A stretch of DNA of 64,000 nucleotides from assembly GCA_944325685.1 (NCBI GenBank), contig CALVBC010000004.1, positions 2,535-66,534 of the forward strand, read 5' to 3'. Below the pieces are notes generated by a model. It did no database searches. It was not told where the DNA came from and saw only the letters and a program-made list of their open reading frames with translations. A program made the position numbers and the translations under genes. Source of the DNA: an uncultured Erysipelotrichaceae bacterium. Its GTDB lineage: Bacteria > Bacillota_I > Bacilli_A > Erysipelotrichales > Erysipelotrichaceae. Position 1 is the first letter of the stretch; every line of letters begins with the position of its first letter. Below, one piece after another: positions 50,490 to 60,343 of this stretch.

Positions 50490-51092
50490 ATGAAAATTTT
50501 TCAGAAATACAGTTTTTTATTACTAGGGGTCATGATCGTGGCTTTTGGCATGTTCAATATCCATAGCCGTTGCGATATAACAGAAGGTGGGGTATTAGGT
50601 GGTATCTTACTTTTAGAGAACTGGTTTAGTATCTCTCCTAGTATCTTAAATATCATCTTAGATGTATCCTGTTATCTATTAGGACTTAAATTTTTAGGTA
50701 AGCAGTTTTTATTTGATGCCCTGATCAGCACCTTTTCCTTTTCGATCTTCTATAAGATCTTTGAATATACCGGACCATTACTACCTGACTTTTCTGATAT
50801 GCCCCTTATCGCAGCTATATTAGGTGGCTGTTTTGTTGGTATCGGTGTTGGTCTAACGGTAAGACAAGGTGGCGCTGTTGGTGGTGATGATGCCTTGGCT
50901 TTAGTCATATCAAAGGTCTTTAAGATCAAATTATCGCATGCTTACATGTTCACGGATTTCACGGTATTATTACTGTCACTATCTTATATCCCGGTATTAA
51001 GGATCATCTATTCTCTGATCACCGTGACGATATCATCATTCCTCATCGAAAAGATCAAGGACTTTAAACCAAAAAATGCCCTAGATACATAA
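50490..51092 (+). CDS. YitT-family membrane protein (DUF161-type, lacking the C-terminal DUF2179 domain)
   Basis: 200 aa polytopic protein. GGVLGG...GIGVGLTVRQGGAVGGDD pattern resembles YitT/YczE-type proteins. Confidence 0.6.
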   Translation: MKIFQKYSFLLLGVMIVAFGMFNIHSRCDITEGGVLGGILLLENWFSISPSILNIILDVSCYLLGLKFLGKQFLFDALISTFSFSIFYKIFEYTGPLLPDFSDMPLIAAILGGCFVGIGVGLTVRQGGAVGGDDALALVISKVFKIKLSHAYMFTDFTVLLLSLSYIPVLRIIYSLITVTISSFLIEKIKDFKPKNALDT

Positions 51093-51245
51093 GTTTCCCT
51101 TTCGATTTAGGTAAAAATGATGTATTATTTAAGGCGTAGTTAATATGAAATATAAATTGATAGTTAAAGGGATTATAGCTTAACTGATTCCGCAAGGATG
51201 AAAAGCTAGTGACCCCTTTTAAATATTGGGGAGGATGGGTCAATT

Positions 51246-52850
51246 ATGTGCACTAAATATGTATTTGTTACGGGCGGAGTAGTATCAGGACTTGGTAAAG
51301 GTATCACTGCCGCATCACTAGGAAGATTACTAAAAGATCGCAAACACAAGATCTTTATGCAGAAGTTCGATCCATATCTCAATATCGATCCAGGAACACT
51401 CAATCCTGTCCAACACGGTGAAGTCTTTGTCACTGAAGATGGACTTGAGACAGACCTTGACTTAGGCCACTATGAAAGGTTTGTCGATGAGTTTTTGACC
51501 AGTGAATCAAATGTCACTAGTGGTCGTATATATGACACGATCTTACAGAAGGAAAGAAGAGGCGATTATGATGGTAAGACTGTACAGGTCATCCCTCATG
51601 TCACCGACGAGATCAAAAAACGCTTCCACAAGTCAAATGGTGAAGAAGAGATCGTCATTATCGAGATCGGTGGTACCGTCGGTGATATCGAATCACAGCC
51701 TTTCTTTGAAGCGATCAGACAATTCAGACAAGAAGTCGGTTTTGAAAACACCTGCTTAGTACATGTCGCTTTAGTACCGTTTTTAAGGGCATCTTTAGAA
51801 GTCAAGACCAAGCCGGTCCAGCAAAGTGTCAAGACGATGCAAAGCCTTGGCTTATGGCCTGATATCATCGTCTGCCGTAGTGATATCCCGCTTGATGATG
51901 AAGTAAAAGAGAAGATCGCTTTATTCTGTAATGTCGATACTAACTGTGTCATTGAAAACCTCGATGTGGAATACTTATATGAAGCACCGATGATGTTAGA
52001 GAGGGAAGAGTTAGCCCAAAGGGTATTAGAGAAGTTACATCTTGATATCACTGAACCTGATCACAGCGATTGGGAAGCGATGTTGAATAGACTGAAGAAT
52101 GCTAAAGGGGTCGTCAAGATCGCCATCGTCGGTAAATATGTTGCCTTACATGATGCTTATCTCAGTGTAGCTGAATCGATCAAACACGCGGCGATCGCTA
52201 ATGATATCCACGCAAGAATAAAGTGGGTCGATAGTGAAAAGCTCGAAGAGACTGATCCTAGTATGTTATTAGATGATGTCGATGGTATCATCGTCCCTGG
52301 TGGCTTTGGCTCTAGAGGCATCGAAGGTAAGATCAAAGCGATCAAATACGCTAGAGTTAATGATATTCCTTTCTTAGGTATCTGCTTAGGTATGCAGCTA
52401 TCGCTTGTTGAAGTAGCTAGAGATCTATTAGGTCATGAAAAAGCTAATAGCTTAGAATTTGATCCTGATACAAAAGATCCGATCATCCACCTATTAAAGG
52501 GCCAAGAAGATATCGATGATATCGGTGGTACTTTAAGACTAGGTGCTTATCCTTGTATCCTAAAAGAAGGTACCCTAGCATATGATCTATATGGTCAAAA
52601 AGAGATATCAGAAAGACATCGTCATCGCTATGAAGTGAATAATGCTTATCGCAAAGAATTAGAAGATCATGGTGTCGTATTATCAGGTCTATCACCAGAT
52701 GGCAATATCGTCGAGATGATCGAAATACCATCACATCCATACTTCATCGCAACTCAAGCTCATCCGGAGTTCAAATCAAGACCTAATCGTTCTCATCCAT
52801 TATTTAGAGGCCTTATCAAGGCAGCTAAGGAAAAAGCTGAAAGTAAGTAG
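51246..52850 (+). CDS. pyrG: CTP synthase
   Basis: 534 aa. KYVFVTGGVVSGLGKGI, GTVGDIES, and a glutaminase domain with GICLGMQ and HRHRYE. Confidence 0.97.
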   Translation: MCTKYVFVTGGVVSGLGKGITAASLGRLLKDRKHKIFMQKFDPYLNIDPGTLNPVQHGEVFVTEDGLETDLDLGHYERFVDEFLTSESNVTSGRIYDTILQKERRGDYDGKTVQVIPHVTDEIKKRFHKSNGEEEIVIIEIGGTVGDIESQPFFEAIRQFRQEVGFENTCLVHVALVPFLRASLEVKTKPVQQSVKTMQSLGLWPDIIVCRSDIPLDDEVKEKIALFCNVDTNCVIENLDVEYLYEAPMMLEREELAQRVLEKLHLDITEPDHSDWEAMLNRLKNAKGVVKIAIVGKYVALHDAYLSVAESIKHAAIANDIHARIKWVDSEKLEETDPSMLLDDVDGIIVPGGFGSRGIEGKIKAIKYARVNDIPFLGICLGMQLSLVEVARDLLGHEKANSLEFDPDTKDPIIHLLKGQEDIDDIGGTLRLGAYPCILKEGTLAYDLYGQKEISERHRHRYEVNNAYRKELEDHGVVLSGLSPDGNIVEMIEIPSHPYFIATQAHPEFKSRPNRSHPLFRGLIKAAKEKAESK

Positions 52851-52854
52851 TCAA

Positions 52855-52880
52855 AAAGAAGAGTTCACGCTCTTCTTTTT
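52855..52880 (+). terminator. rho-independent terminator after pyrG
   Basis: AAAGAAGAG-ttcacg-CTCTTCTTT with the T-run continuing. Confidence 0.8.
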
Positions 52881-52997
52881 AGATCCTTTTCATACGATAT
52901 CGACCCTAAAATATATCGAATACATACGATGTTAGGCACCAAAATATATATCAAGTCTTCAATATACCATATAATACCAAATACCCAAAAAAGTTTG

Positions 52998-53041
52998 ATT
53001 TATCACACCATTTATCACACCAAAAATGGTGTGATAAATCT
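52998..53041. repeat. 44-bp direct repeat, left copy (internally two TTTATCACACC units plus one inverted unit forming a 12-bp hairpin)
   Basis: ATTTATCACACCATTTATCACACCAAAAATGGTGTGATAAATCT, identical to 54980-55023. Confidence 0.95.
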
Positions 53042-53094
53042 AGGCAGCACTTGATTCACTTTCTATATTACTTCGATCATAAGTACCGATCGAT

Positions 53095-54570
53095 CTATAA
53101 AAAGAGGATCCATTCTTTTTTCTTGTTGCTTCCTTTTCGATCTAAAATACCTTTTTCTTTTAGGGATCTTATCATGCGATCTATTGTCGATGTACCAACT
53201 TTCATCGATTCTGCTAATTCAGCTATGGTCATATTGTGATTGTTGTTGATATAGCCTATTAATTCTTTCTCTTTTGGTTTTAGATCTACATCATCATCTA
53301 TTATCGTATCGTCTTTCTTTTTTAAAAATCCTGGATGTATATATATGGTCGTTGAGAAAAAGGTGCGTTCATCATCGGTCTCAAATAATGGCTCTGGTGA
53401 TCCGTTATTCTTAAGAGCGTTTCTGATCTTTCTAAAACCGGTATTACGACCTTCTGTCAAATGCATTTCTTTTAAGAATTCACCTATCCGCCTGTTGCGG
53501 TAACGACGACTATAAGCACGGTATTCTTTGAGTCCTTCGATACTGATCGATCGGTCTGCACCCGGATGACTGACGATGATGATGCGATCTTCCTCTATCC
53601 GAACTTCTATAGGTTCTCTTACATCATAACCTTTATGATATACCGCATTGGATAAAGCTTCTTCTATTGCGGCGTAAGGATAGTTGTAGAAACGTTTAGC
53701 TTCAGGAATACCATCTACTTTAATGACCTCTTCTTGAAGGACACTATTTTTGATATAGATCAATGCTTCTCTTAGCTGTTGGTGTAAAGGTCCTTTAAAT
53801 GTTTTTTCCCTTAAACTATCTCCAGTTTCATCTAGAAATTCGACTACATCGATCTGTGCATAAGGAAAAAAACGCTCTGGTTCTAGACTAAAAAACATTA
53901 GTCCAACATTTTTAGGCTTAACATATTCAGGTAATGTACTAACGATATTCATGCTTTTGCAAAGCTCTAAAAAATCCATAGTACCCGACATCTCATATAA
54001 CGAGCTTCCGACCTCTTTTAGATAGCTTTGGATCAATGTGATATTTAGATCTTTTAACTCAGCTTCATGATTTACCCTATCATCAAATGGGATATTATTA
54101 GCTAGATTATATAGATCTCTTTTTTCCGCTTCTGATGGCATTATAGTGCTAGACATCTTTCGGATATAATATATCCTTTCCTTGTTTTCTTTTACCATTG
54201 TCTTAGGTGAAGAGTAAGGCCTTGAATTTCCACCTGGCGCCCAAATAACGATAAACTTCTTACCATCAAGATCTGCTACTTCAACGATCGGTAAATACTC
54301 TGGTTGGATCAACTTGCACTTGTTGAGCATGTCCTTTAGGTATCCATCGATCTTTTCTGGATCGACTCCTTTTAAAGGATATTGAGGTCTTCCGTCCTTT
54401 TCATTGACACCAATGACAATATAACCACCACCCCAGTTATCGATGTCATTAGCAAAAGCACATATCGTCTTCAAAGATGCCTCAGCATCCCATGTCTCCT
54501 TGAATTCGATACGAGCCCATTCAACAACATTCCCAGACAGTAAAGTTTTGATATTTGTTGGTATCGCCAT
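53095..54570 (-). CDS. Schlafen/AlbA_2-domain protein with HATPase_c_4-like ATP-binding region and C-terminal winged HTH (COG2865-type)
   Basis: 491 aa. N-terminal VEWARIEFKETWD...ICAFANDIDNWGGGYIVIGV (AlbA_2 signature). Central ...YRNRRIGEFLKEMHLTEGRNTGFRKIRNAL.... C-terminal HTH MTIAELAESMKVGTSTIDRMIRSLKEKGIL. Confidence 0.8.
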   Translation of the reverse strand: MAIPTNIKTLLSGNVVEWARIEFKETWDAEASLKTICAFANDIDNWGGGYIVIGVNEKDGRPQYPLKGVDPEKIDGYLKDMLNKCKLIQPEYLPIVEVADLDGKKFIVIWAPGGNSRPYSSPKTMVKENKERIYYIRKMSSTIMPSEAEKRDLYNLANNIPFDDRVNHEAELKDLNITLIQSYLKEVGSSLYEMSGTMDFLELCKSMNIVSTLPEYVKPKNVGLMFFSLEPERFFPYAQIDVVEFLDETGDSLREKTFKGPLHQQLREALIYIKNSVLQEEVIKVDGIPEAKRFYNYPYAAIEEALSNAVYHKGYDVREPIEVRIEEDRIIIVSHPGADRSISIEGLKEYRAYSRRYRNRRIGEFLKEMHLTEGRNTGFRKIRNALKNNGSPEPLFETDDERTFFSTTIYIHPGFLKKKDDTIIDDDVDLKPKEKELIGYINNNHNMTIAELAESMKVGTSTIDRMIRSLKEKGILDRKGSNKKKEWILFL

Positions 54571-54781
54571 TGCTTCTTACCTCCGAACACTATCTATTTA
54601 TTGCCTTATCGAGATCATCAAATATTAGTAAACACAAGATAAAGTATTTTTGATCTCAACAAAACAATAAAGACTACTATAATTTTACTATAATTCTTCT
54701 AAAATTAGGCATCGATCTTTTCACACGATTTAAAGTAATGATCGCTAATATCGTGATAAGGTATTCTATGCTTACGAACTT

Positions 54782-54979
54782 TTGGATAAGTATGATGCTG
54801 TAGATGATGAAGTTATCGCCATCATGGAAAAGCGTCGTTTCTCGGATCAGAGTATCGATGAAAACGATCTTAAGATCATGTATAAAAAAGAAGAAGCTTT
54901 AGCTCATAGTAAGCTTAAAGGTCTTTCTCCTATCAGGAAATTCTGGATATATCTATATTATGGGATATCCTGCAAGTAA
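54782..54979 (+). CDS. short ORF, possibly a gene remnant
   Basis: 65 aa with a TTG start and no RBS. The frame is open from 54749. The acidic helical text ...YELLDKYDAVDDEVIAIMEKRRFSDQSIDENDLKIMYKKEEAL looks like a C-terminal fragment. It ends exactly at the right 44-bp repeat. Confidence 0.25.
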   Translation: MDKYDAVDDEVIAIMEKRRFSDQSIDENDLKIMYKKEEALAHSKLKGLSPIRKFWIYLYYGISCK

Positions 54980-55023
54980 ATTTATCACACCATTTATCAC
55001 ACCAAAAATGGTGTGATAAATCT
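54980..55023. repeat. 44-bp direct repeat, right copy
   Basis: Perfect copy of 52998-53041. Flanking bases differ on both sides (g/a before, a/c after). Confidence 0.95.
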
Positions 55024-55063
55024 CATTCCGTGAAAATCACACTTTTCATTCCGTGAATTTCAC
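55023..55063. repeat. two tandem ~23-bp units TCATTCCGTGAAWWTCAC, each containing a small palindrome
   Basis: Unit 1 is at 55023-55040 (GTGAaaaTCAC) and unit 2 at 55046-55063 (CGTGAAtTTCACG, a perfect 13-bp palindrome). They directly abut the right 44-bp repeat. Confidence 0.7.
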
Positions 55064-55088
55064 GATTTTCTTTCCTCGGTAATATCTA

Positions 55089-56216
55089 CTATGCTTTATA
55101 TATGATATTTCCATCAATAATGGTATATATGACATTAAAGTCTTGATCGATGATCACTATATCACTATCATAACCTCTTCTTATATGACCTTTACCTTTA
55201 AGGTCATATATCCTAGCGACATTACTAGATGACATCTTGATAAGATCTTCGATACTGATCTTTAAATTGTCGTGTAGGTTTTTCATACCCTTTATAACTG
55301 GCATCGATGAGCCAAATAACCGTCCTGTATCGGTTAATAAATAACCATCATCAGTTATCTCTACATCCATATCGCTTATATGATATTTGCCTTTAGGCAT
55401 ACCTGCTAAAGCGATATTATCTGACACTAAGATAAAACGATCATATGCCTTTTCCTTTACTCTAAACATGATCTCGATCATCTCATTTGATACATGTAAG
55501 CCATCAGCGATAAGTTCATTATCGACTTTATCGCTTAATAAGGCAGCACCTAATGCGCCCATATGGCGATGATGGATGCCGGTCATGACATTAGCGGTAT
55601 GGGTGATGATACTGATGCCCTGATCAAATGATCTAAGGGCTCCCTTATAGTCGATATCGGTATGTGCCATCGCTACTTTGATACCCTTGTCTTTTAAATA
55701 GCTTATGACTTCAAATGCGCCATCAAGCTCTGGCGCGATACCGACAAGCTTAAGTAAACCATCACCATCTTGGACCATCTCTTTGATATGGTCTAGGTCA
55801 ATTTTTAGTGGCTCTTCTTTGATGCCGTTTTCGCCAGTCCGATTTAAGTATGGACCTTCTGAGTGGATGCCTAATATCCGAGCACCACTATATGTGCCTT
55901 TGTATATCTTGGCGATATCTTTAAAATAGGATTCATTAGCCGTTGGTAAACATCCCGTGACCCCACATCTTACTAATGCATCAAGATATCCTCTGATGGT
56001 CTTTTCTTTATCTTTTTCACCATCATCCATTAGATCATAGCCACCATAGCCATGATTATGCGTATCGATGATACCAGGGATGACTAAAAGATCAGATGCA
56101 TCGATATCATAGTCACCATCTTTGATACCGATGATCTTATCATTAAATTCTAATACACCGCTTTTTTTACCTTCGTCGGTATAGATATTCTTAGAATAGA
56201 TCTTCATATACATCAC
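55089..56216 (-). CDS. NagA-like amidohydrolase (N-acetylglucosamine-6-phosphate deacetylase family), second paralogue
   Basis: 375 aa. [36 protein letters not shown]. The start is ambiguous (GTG 56216, ATG 56213 or ATG 56207). Overlaps the stop of the upstream HAD gene. Confidence 0.8.
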   Translation of the reverse strand: MMYMKIYSKNIYTDEGKKSGVLEFNDKIIGIKDGDYDIDASDLLVIPGIIDTHNHGYGGYDLMDDGEKDKEKTIRGYLDALVRCGVTGCLPTANESYFKDIAKIYKGTYSGARILGIHSEGPYLNRTGENGIKEEPLKIDLDHIKEMVQDGDGLLKLVGIAPELDGAFEVISYLKDKGIKVAMAHTDIDYKGALRSFDQGISIITHTANVMTGIHHRHMGALGAALLSDKVDNELIADGLHVSNEMIEIMFRVKEKAYDRFILVSDNIALAGMPKGKYHISDMDVEITDDGYLLTDTGRLFGSSMPVIKGMKNLHDNLKISIEDLIKMSSSNVARIYDLKGKGHIRRGYDSDIVIIDQDFNVIYTIIDGNIIYKA

Positions 56217-56956
56217 CCAAACAAGAGATCGATGATATCAGCGATCCCATCATTATTATTATCCTGGACGATCATGTCAGCACACTTCAAGACATCATCT
56301 TGCCCGTTAGCCATCGCCACACCCATCCCAGCATACCTGATCATCGCGATATCATTTTCACCATCACCAACACATACGATCTCATCTTTACTTATACCAA
56401 GCTCACTTGCGATCATCTTTATCGCATCGACCTTATTGATACCTTTAGCCACTGCTTCAAAACGGGTGTCTAGACTACTGGTTATCGTACATAATTCATT
56501 TATATCAGCCATCATAGATCTGACCCTCATGATATCTTCCTTTGTCCCATCAGCTACAAGTTTATAGATCCTGTATTTATCTAGATACTCTTCGATATCG
56601 ATATCATCGATACAGTCTCTACCATCTTGATGATATAGATAGACCTTTAAAGATATCCCACTATCCTTGATAAAGGCTATAAGCTTATATATCACTTCTC
56701 TATCTAAAGGCACATCGTTTAATACCTGACCATCGGTATTTAGTACATAAGCCCCATTAAAGGCGATGACATATTGACCATTTAAAGCTAACTCATCTAT
56801 TAGTGGCTTTATCGAATAATATCCTCTAGCACTAGCCAAGACAAAAGATATGTCATCCTTTATCAGATGTATCATCTCTTTAGTATACTCGCTTATCTTA
56901 TGGTCATCATTTAGTAATGTACCATCGATATCCGTAACGATCATCTTATAATCCAT
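56213..56956 (-). CDS. Cof-type HAD-IIB phosphatase
   Basis: 247 aa. Motif I TDIDGTLLN, motif IV GDGENDIAM. Confidence 0.85.
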   Translation of the reverse strand: MDYKMIVTDIDGTLLNDDHKISEYTKEMIHLIKDDISFVLASARGYYSIKPLIDELALNGQYVIAFNGAYVLNTDGQVLNDVPLDREVIYKLIAFIKDSGISLKVYLYHQDGRDCIDDIDIEEYLDKYRIYKLVADGTKEDIMRVRSMMADINELCTITSSLDTRFEAVAKGINKVDAIKMIASELGISKDEIVCVGDGENDIAMIRYAGMGVAMANGQDDVLKCADMIVQDNNNDGIADIIDLLFG

Positions 56957-56995
56957 GACTTCATTTTAGCACATATCTTATAGTATCATTTAGAT

Positions 56996-57712
56996 ATGAA
57001 TATCTATGATGACAAAGATTTCTTCAAAGCCTATGCGATGATGGGCCGTAGTTCAGGTCTTGATAAGGCTGGTGAATGGTATATGTTTAAGACCTTGATC
57101 CCTGATGTTAAGGATATGACCATCTTAGATCTTGGTTGTGGTTATGGTTGGCATAGTAAGTATCTGATAAATAGTGGCGCTAGTAAAGTCATCGCCATTG
57201 ATAGTAGTGAAAGGATGCTAGTGAAGGCAAGGGAGATAAATAGTGATCCCAATATAGAATATATGCATATGGCTATCGAAAGCTATGATTATCCTATCGA
57301 GACATTTGATGTGGTCATATCTAATCTTGCTTTACACTATATAGAAGATCTTGATCAAATATACGAAAAGGTAAATAGGACTTTAAAGAAGGGTGGCTAT
57401 TTCATCTTTAATATCGAACATCCAACGTTCACAAGTGGCATAAATGAAGATTTCATCTATGATGAAAATGGTAAAGCTCTATATTATCCGATCGATTATT
57501 ACTTTAAAGAAGGGATAAGGGATACGCTATTTTTAGATCATCATGTCTTAAAATATCACCATACCCTAGAGACGATCATCAATGGCCTTATAAAAAGCGG
57601 CTTTAATATCGAAAGCTTACTAGAAGCTAAACCAAGCATAGAGAATAAAGACATCATGCCTGATGAATTTAAAAGGCCAATGATGTTGCTTATAAGAGGG
57701 AGAAAGATCTAA
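56996..57712 (+). CDS. class I SAM-dependent methyltransferase
   Basis: 238 aa. Motif I ILDLGCGYGW, post-I IAIDSS, motif II/III DVVISNLALHY. Confidence 0.8.
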   Translation: MNIYDDKDFFKAYAMMGRSSGLDKAGEWYMFKTLIPDVKDMTILDLGCGYGWHSKYLINSGASKVIAIDSSERMLVKAREINSDPNIEYMHMAIESYDYPIETFDVVISNLALHYIEDLDQIYEKVNRTLKKGGYFIFNIEHPTFTSGINEDFIYDENGKALYYPIDYYFKEGIRDTLFLDHHVLKYHHTLETIINGLIKSGFNIESLLEAKPSIENKDIMPDEFKRPMMLLIRGRKI

Positions 57713-58416
57713 TGGAAAAAGTTATCATCGGCTTAAGTGCCAATATCAATGACGATGATCCAATTGCCAACTATGGCAATGTCGCTTATGTTGAAAGCGT
57801 CTTAAAAAGCGGTGCTGTACCATTAATATTACCGGTGACAAGTGATGAAGATGTCATCGATGAATATATCAAGATCTGTGATGGTTTTATCTTTACTGGT
57901 GGTGAAGATATATCACCGCTTTTCTACAACGAAGAACCTAGGACTTGCGCAAGGACTAGTATCATCCTCGATGAATACCAATTGGCTTTATTCCATAAGG
58001 TCTATGCATCTAAGAAACCATTCTTAGGGATATGCCGTGGTCTACAACTCATGAATGTCGCCTTAGGTGGCACTTTATATCAAGATATAAGCGAGTATAG
58101 TAAAAATGCCCTCAAACATGCCCAAGTAAGTGATCCTAGTGATGTGTCACACTCAGTTACCTTTGCGACGGATAATATCTTACATACGTTATACGGTGAT
58201 AAGATCTATATCAACTCCTATCATCACCAAGCGATCAACAGGGTGGCTGATGATCTAAGGGTGATCGGTAAAGCCCCTGATGGCATCATCGAAGCGGTCG
58301 AAGTGATAGATCATAAGTTTGCTATAGGTGTCCAGTGGCATCCTGAAAAGATGCTAATAAAGGACGATGAGATGCTACCACTATTTAAGGAACTAGTAAA
58401 AAAGGCGGGTGCTTGA
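57712..58416 (+). CDS. class I glutamine amidotransferase-like, peptidase C26 / gamma-glutamyl-GABA hydrolase family
   Basis: 234 aa. Nucleophile GICRGLQLMN, HHQAI, QWHPE. 1-nt overlap with the methyltransferase stop. Confidence 0.8.
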   Translation: MEKVIIGLSANINDDDPIANYGNVAYVESVLKSGAVPLILPVTSDEDVIDEYIKICDGFIFTGGEDISPLFYNEEPRTCARTSIILDEYQLALFHKVYASKKPFLGICRGLQLMNVALGGTLYQDISEYSKNALKHAQVSDPSDVSHSVTFATDNILHTLYGDKIYINSYHHQAINRVADDLRVIGKAPDGIIEAVEVIDHKFAIGVQWHPEKMLIKDDEMLPLFKELVKKAGA

Positions 58417-58432
58417 CCCGTCTTTTGTATGC

Positions 58433-60343
58433 TTAATGGATGATCGTACCTACTTCTAAGTCAGCGGTGACGATACCTAAGGTCTTATCATCTTCACCAG
58501 CTAAGATCATGCCTTCAGATTCAACGCCTCTGATCTTAGCTTTCTTTAAGTTGGTGACGACGATGACCTTCTTACCGATGAAGTCCTCTGGCTTGATCTT
58601 ATCAGCGATACCAGATACGACTTGTCTGATATCCCCGTGACCAACATCGATCTTGGATACTAATAATTTCTTGGCATCTTCGTGCTTCTTACACTCAATT
58701 ACTTGCCCGACAGTTAGTTCAACTTTAGCGAAATCATCGATCGTGATCTCCTTTAGATGCTCGACCTTGACTTCTTCTTCCTCAGCTTCCTTAGCAAGTC
58801 TGGCCTTTAATTCTTCCTCATCGATCCTGGTGAATAAGATCTCTGGCTTTTCTACCACTTGATAATGATCAACAGAGCCAAAGGTACTGTAGCTAAATGT
58901 ATCCTTATCTGTTTGTAACATCGTAAAGATCTTTTTAGCCGTTGATGGCATATAGGCCTTTAATTCTAAAGCACATAACCTGATACCTTCGATGATCGTA
59001 TATAGGACATCATTAAGCCTTGGATATTTAGCTTCATCTTTACCTAAGATCCAAGGTTCCGTCTCATCGATATATTTGTTTAACCTCTTTAAAGCGTTCA
59101 TGACGACTTCGATACTCTTTGGAAGATCTAAAGCGTCCATCTTCACTTCGACATCGTGATCTAAGGCATTTAACTGATCGATGACCTCTTTATCTAGGTC
59201 GGTGATATCAGTGATCTTATTTAATGATCCTTTTAAGTACTTATTTGACATCGTGATCGTTCTATTGACTAGGTTACCTAATACATTAGCTAGATCACTA
59301 TTGCGTCTTTCGACCATCAATTCTTCACTGAAGTTACCATCAGAACCAAATGGTACTTCACTTAATAGGAAATAACGTAAAGTATCTGCTCCATAGTCCT
59401 TGATGAACTCCCTTGGATCTTTGAAGTTACCTTTTGATTTTGATATCTTACTACCACCGATCGTTAACCAACCATGACCATAGACCTTCTTTGGTAGTGG
59501 TAATCCTAAAGCCATCAAGATGATCGGCCAGATGATGGTATGGAAACGGAAGATCTCTTTACCGACTAGATGAAGATCAGCTGGCCAGTACTTTTTGAAT
59601 AGTGAATCATCTTCACTGAGATACCCTAAAGCACTGATATAGTTACTTAAGGCATCGATCCAGACATAGACCGTTTGATCTTTATCGAATGTACATGGGA
59701 TACCCCATTTGACACTGCTCCTTGATACACAGAGATCTTTGAGCCCTGGCTTTAAGAAGTTGTTGTACATCTCGTTATAACGTGACTCTGGTTGCATGAG
59801 ATCACGGTGTTCATTTAGATATTCTTCAAACTGTTTTTGATATTTAGATAGACGCAAGAAGTAAGCTTCTTCCTTCATCAGTTTTACTTCTCTACCACAA
59901 TCAGGACATTTACCATCGACTAGTTGTGATTCGGTCCAGAATGATTCACATGGTGTACAGTACCATCCTTCATAGTAGCCTTTGTATATATCACCTTGAT
60001 CATAGAGCTTTTGGATGATCTTTTGGACACAGGCGATATGTTCAGGATCAGTGGTCCTGATGAATTTATCGTAATTGACATCTAGTTCCTTCCATAAGTC
60101 CTTGGCATCCGCAATGATCGGATCGACATATTCCTTAGGTGATACACCGGCTTTCTTAGCGCGGTCTTCGATCTTTTGACCATGTTCATCAGAACCGGTC
60201 AAGAAATATACATCATAACCTTTTTCCTTTTTATAGCGTGCTAAAGCATCTGCGATCACCGTTGTATAGCAATGTCCGACATGAAAGTGTTCACTAGGAT
60301 AGTATATCGGTGTCGTCACATAATAGGTCTTCTTATCTTCCAT
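58433..60343 (-). CDS. metG: methionine--tRNA ligase (with C-terminal tRNA-binding domain)
   Basis: ORF track gives 58433..60361. Start placed at ATG 60343 (MEDKKTYYVTTPIYYPS) after GGAGGG. HIGH-type HVGH, Zn knuckle CPDCG, KMSKS-type KISKSKGN, C-terminal Trbp111-like domain. Confidence 0.95.
   Translation of the reverse strand: MEDKKTYYVTTPIYYPSEHFHVGHCYTTVIADALARYKKEKGYDVYFLTGSDEHGQKIEDRAKKAGVSPKEYVDPIIADAKDLWKELDVNYDKFIRTTDPEHIACVQKIIQKLYDQGDIYKGYYEGWYCTPCESFWTESQLVDGKCPDCGREVKLMKEEAYFLRLSKYQKQFEEYLNEHRDLMQPESRYNEMYNNFLKPGLKDLCVSRSSVKWGIPCTFDKDQTVYVWIDALSNYISALGYLSEDDSLFKKYWPADLHLVGKEIFRFHTIIWPIILMALGLPLPKKVYGHGWLTIGGSKISKSKGNFKDPREFIKDYGADTLRYFLLSEVPFGSDGNFSEELMVERRNSDLANVLGNLVNRTITMSNKYLKGSLNKITDITDLDKEVIDQLNALDHDVEVKMDALDLPKSIEVVMNALKRLNKYIDETEPWILGKDEAKYPRLNDVLYTIIEGIRLCALELKAYMPSTAKKIFTMLQTDKDTFSYSTFGSVDHYQVVEKPEILFTRIDEEELKARLAKEAEEEEVKVEHLKEITIDDFAKVELTVGQVIECKKHEDAKKLLVSKIDVGHGDIRQVVSGIADKIKPEDFIGKKVIVVTNLKKAKIRGVESEGMILAGEDDKTLGIVTADLEVGTIIH

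Noticed and set aside
51166-51219. Interrupted hairpin (AAAGGG...TAGCTT...AAGCTA...CCCTTT) in the pyrG leader as a CTP-sensing attenuator
   Set aside because: The T residues are part of the stem, so no free U-tract follows. The reiterative-transcription signature known from Bacillus pyrG (an initial GGGC paired to the terminator strand) could not be identified.
52998-53041. Possible DnaA boxes in the 44-bp repeats (TTATCACAC versus TTATNCACA)
   Set aside because: The unit is one base short of the 9-mer consensus (TTATC-ACA rather than TTATCCACA). There is no dnaA or dnaN context and no AT-rich unwinding element, so an origin is not supported.
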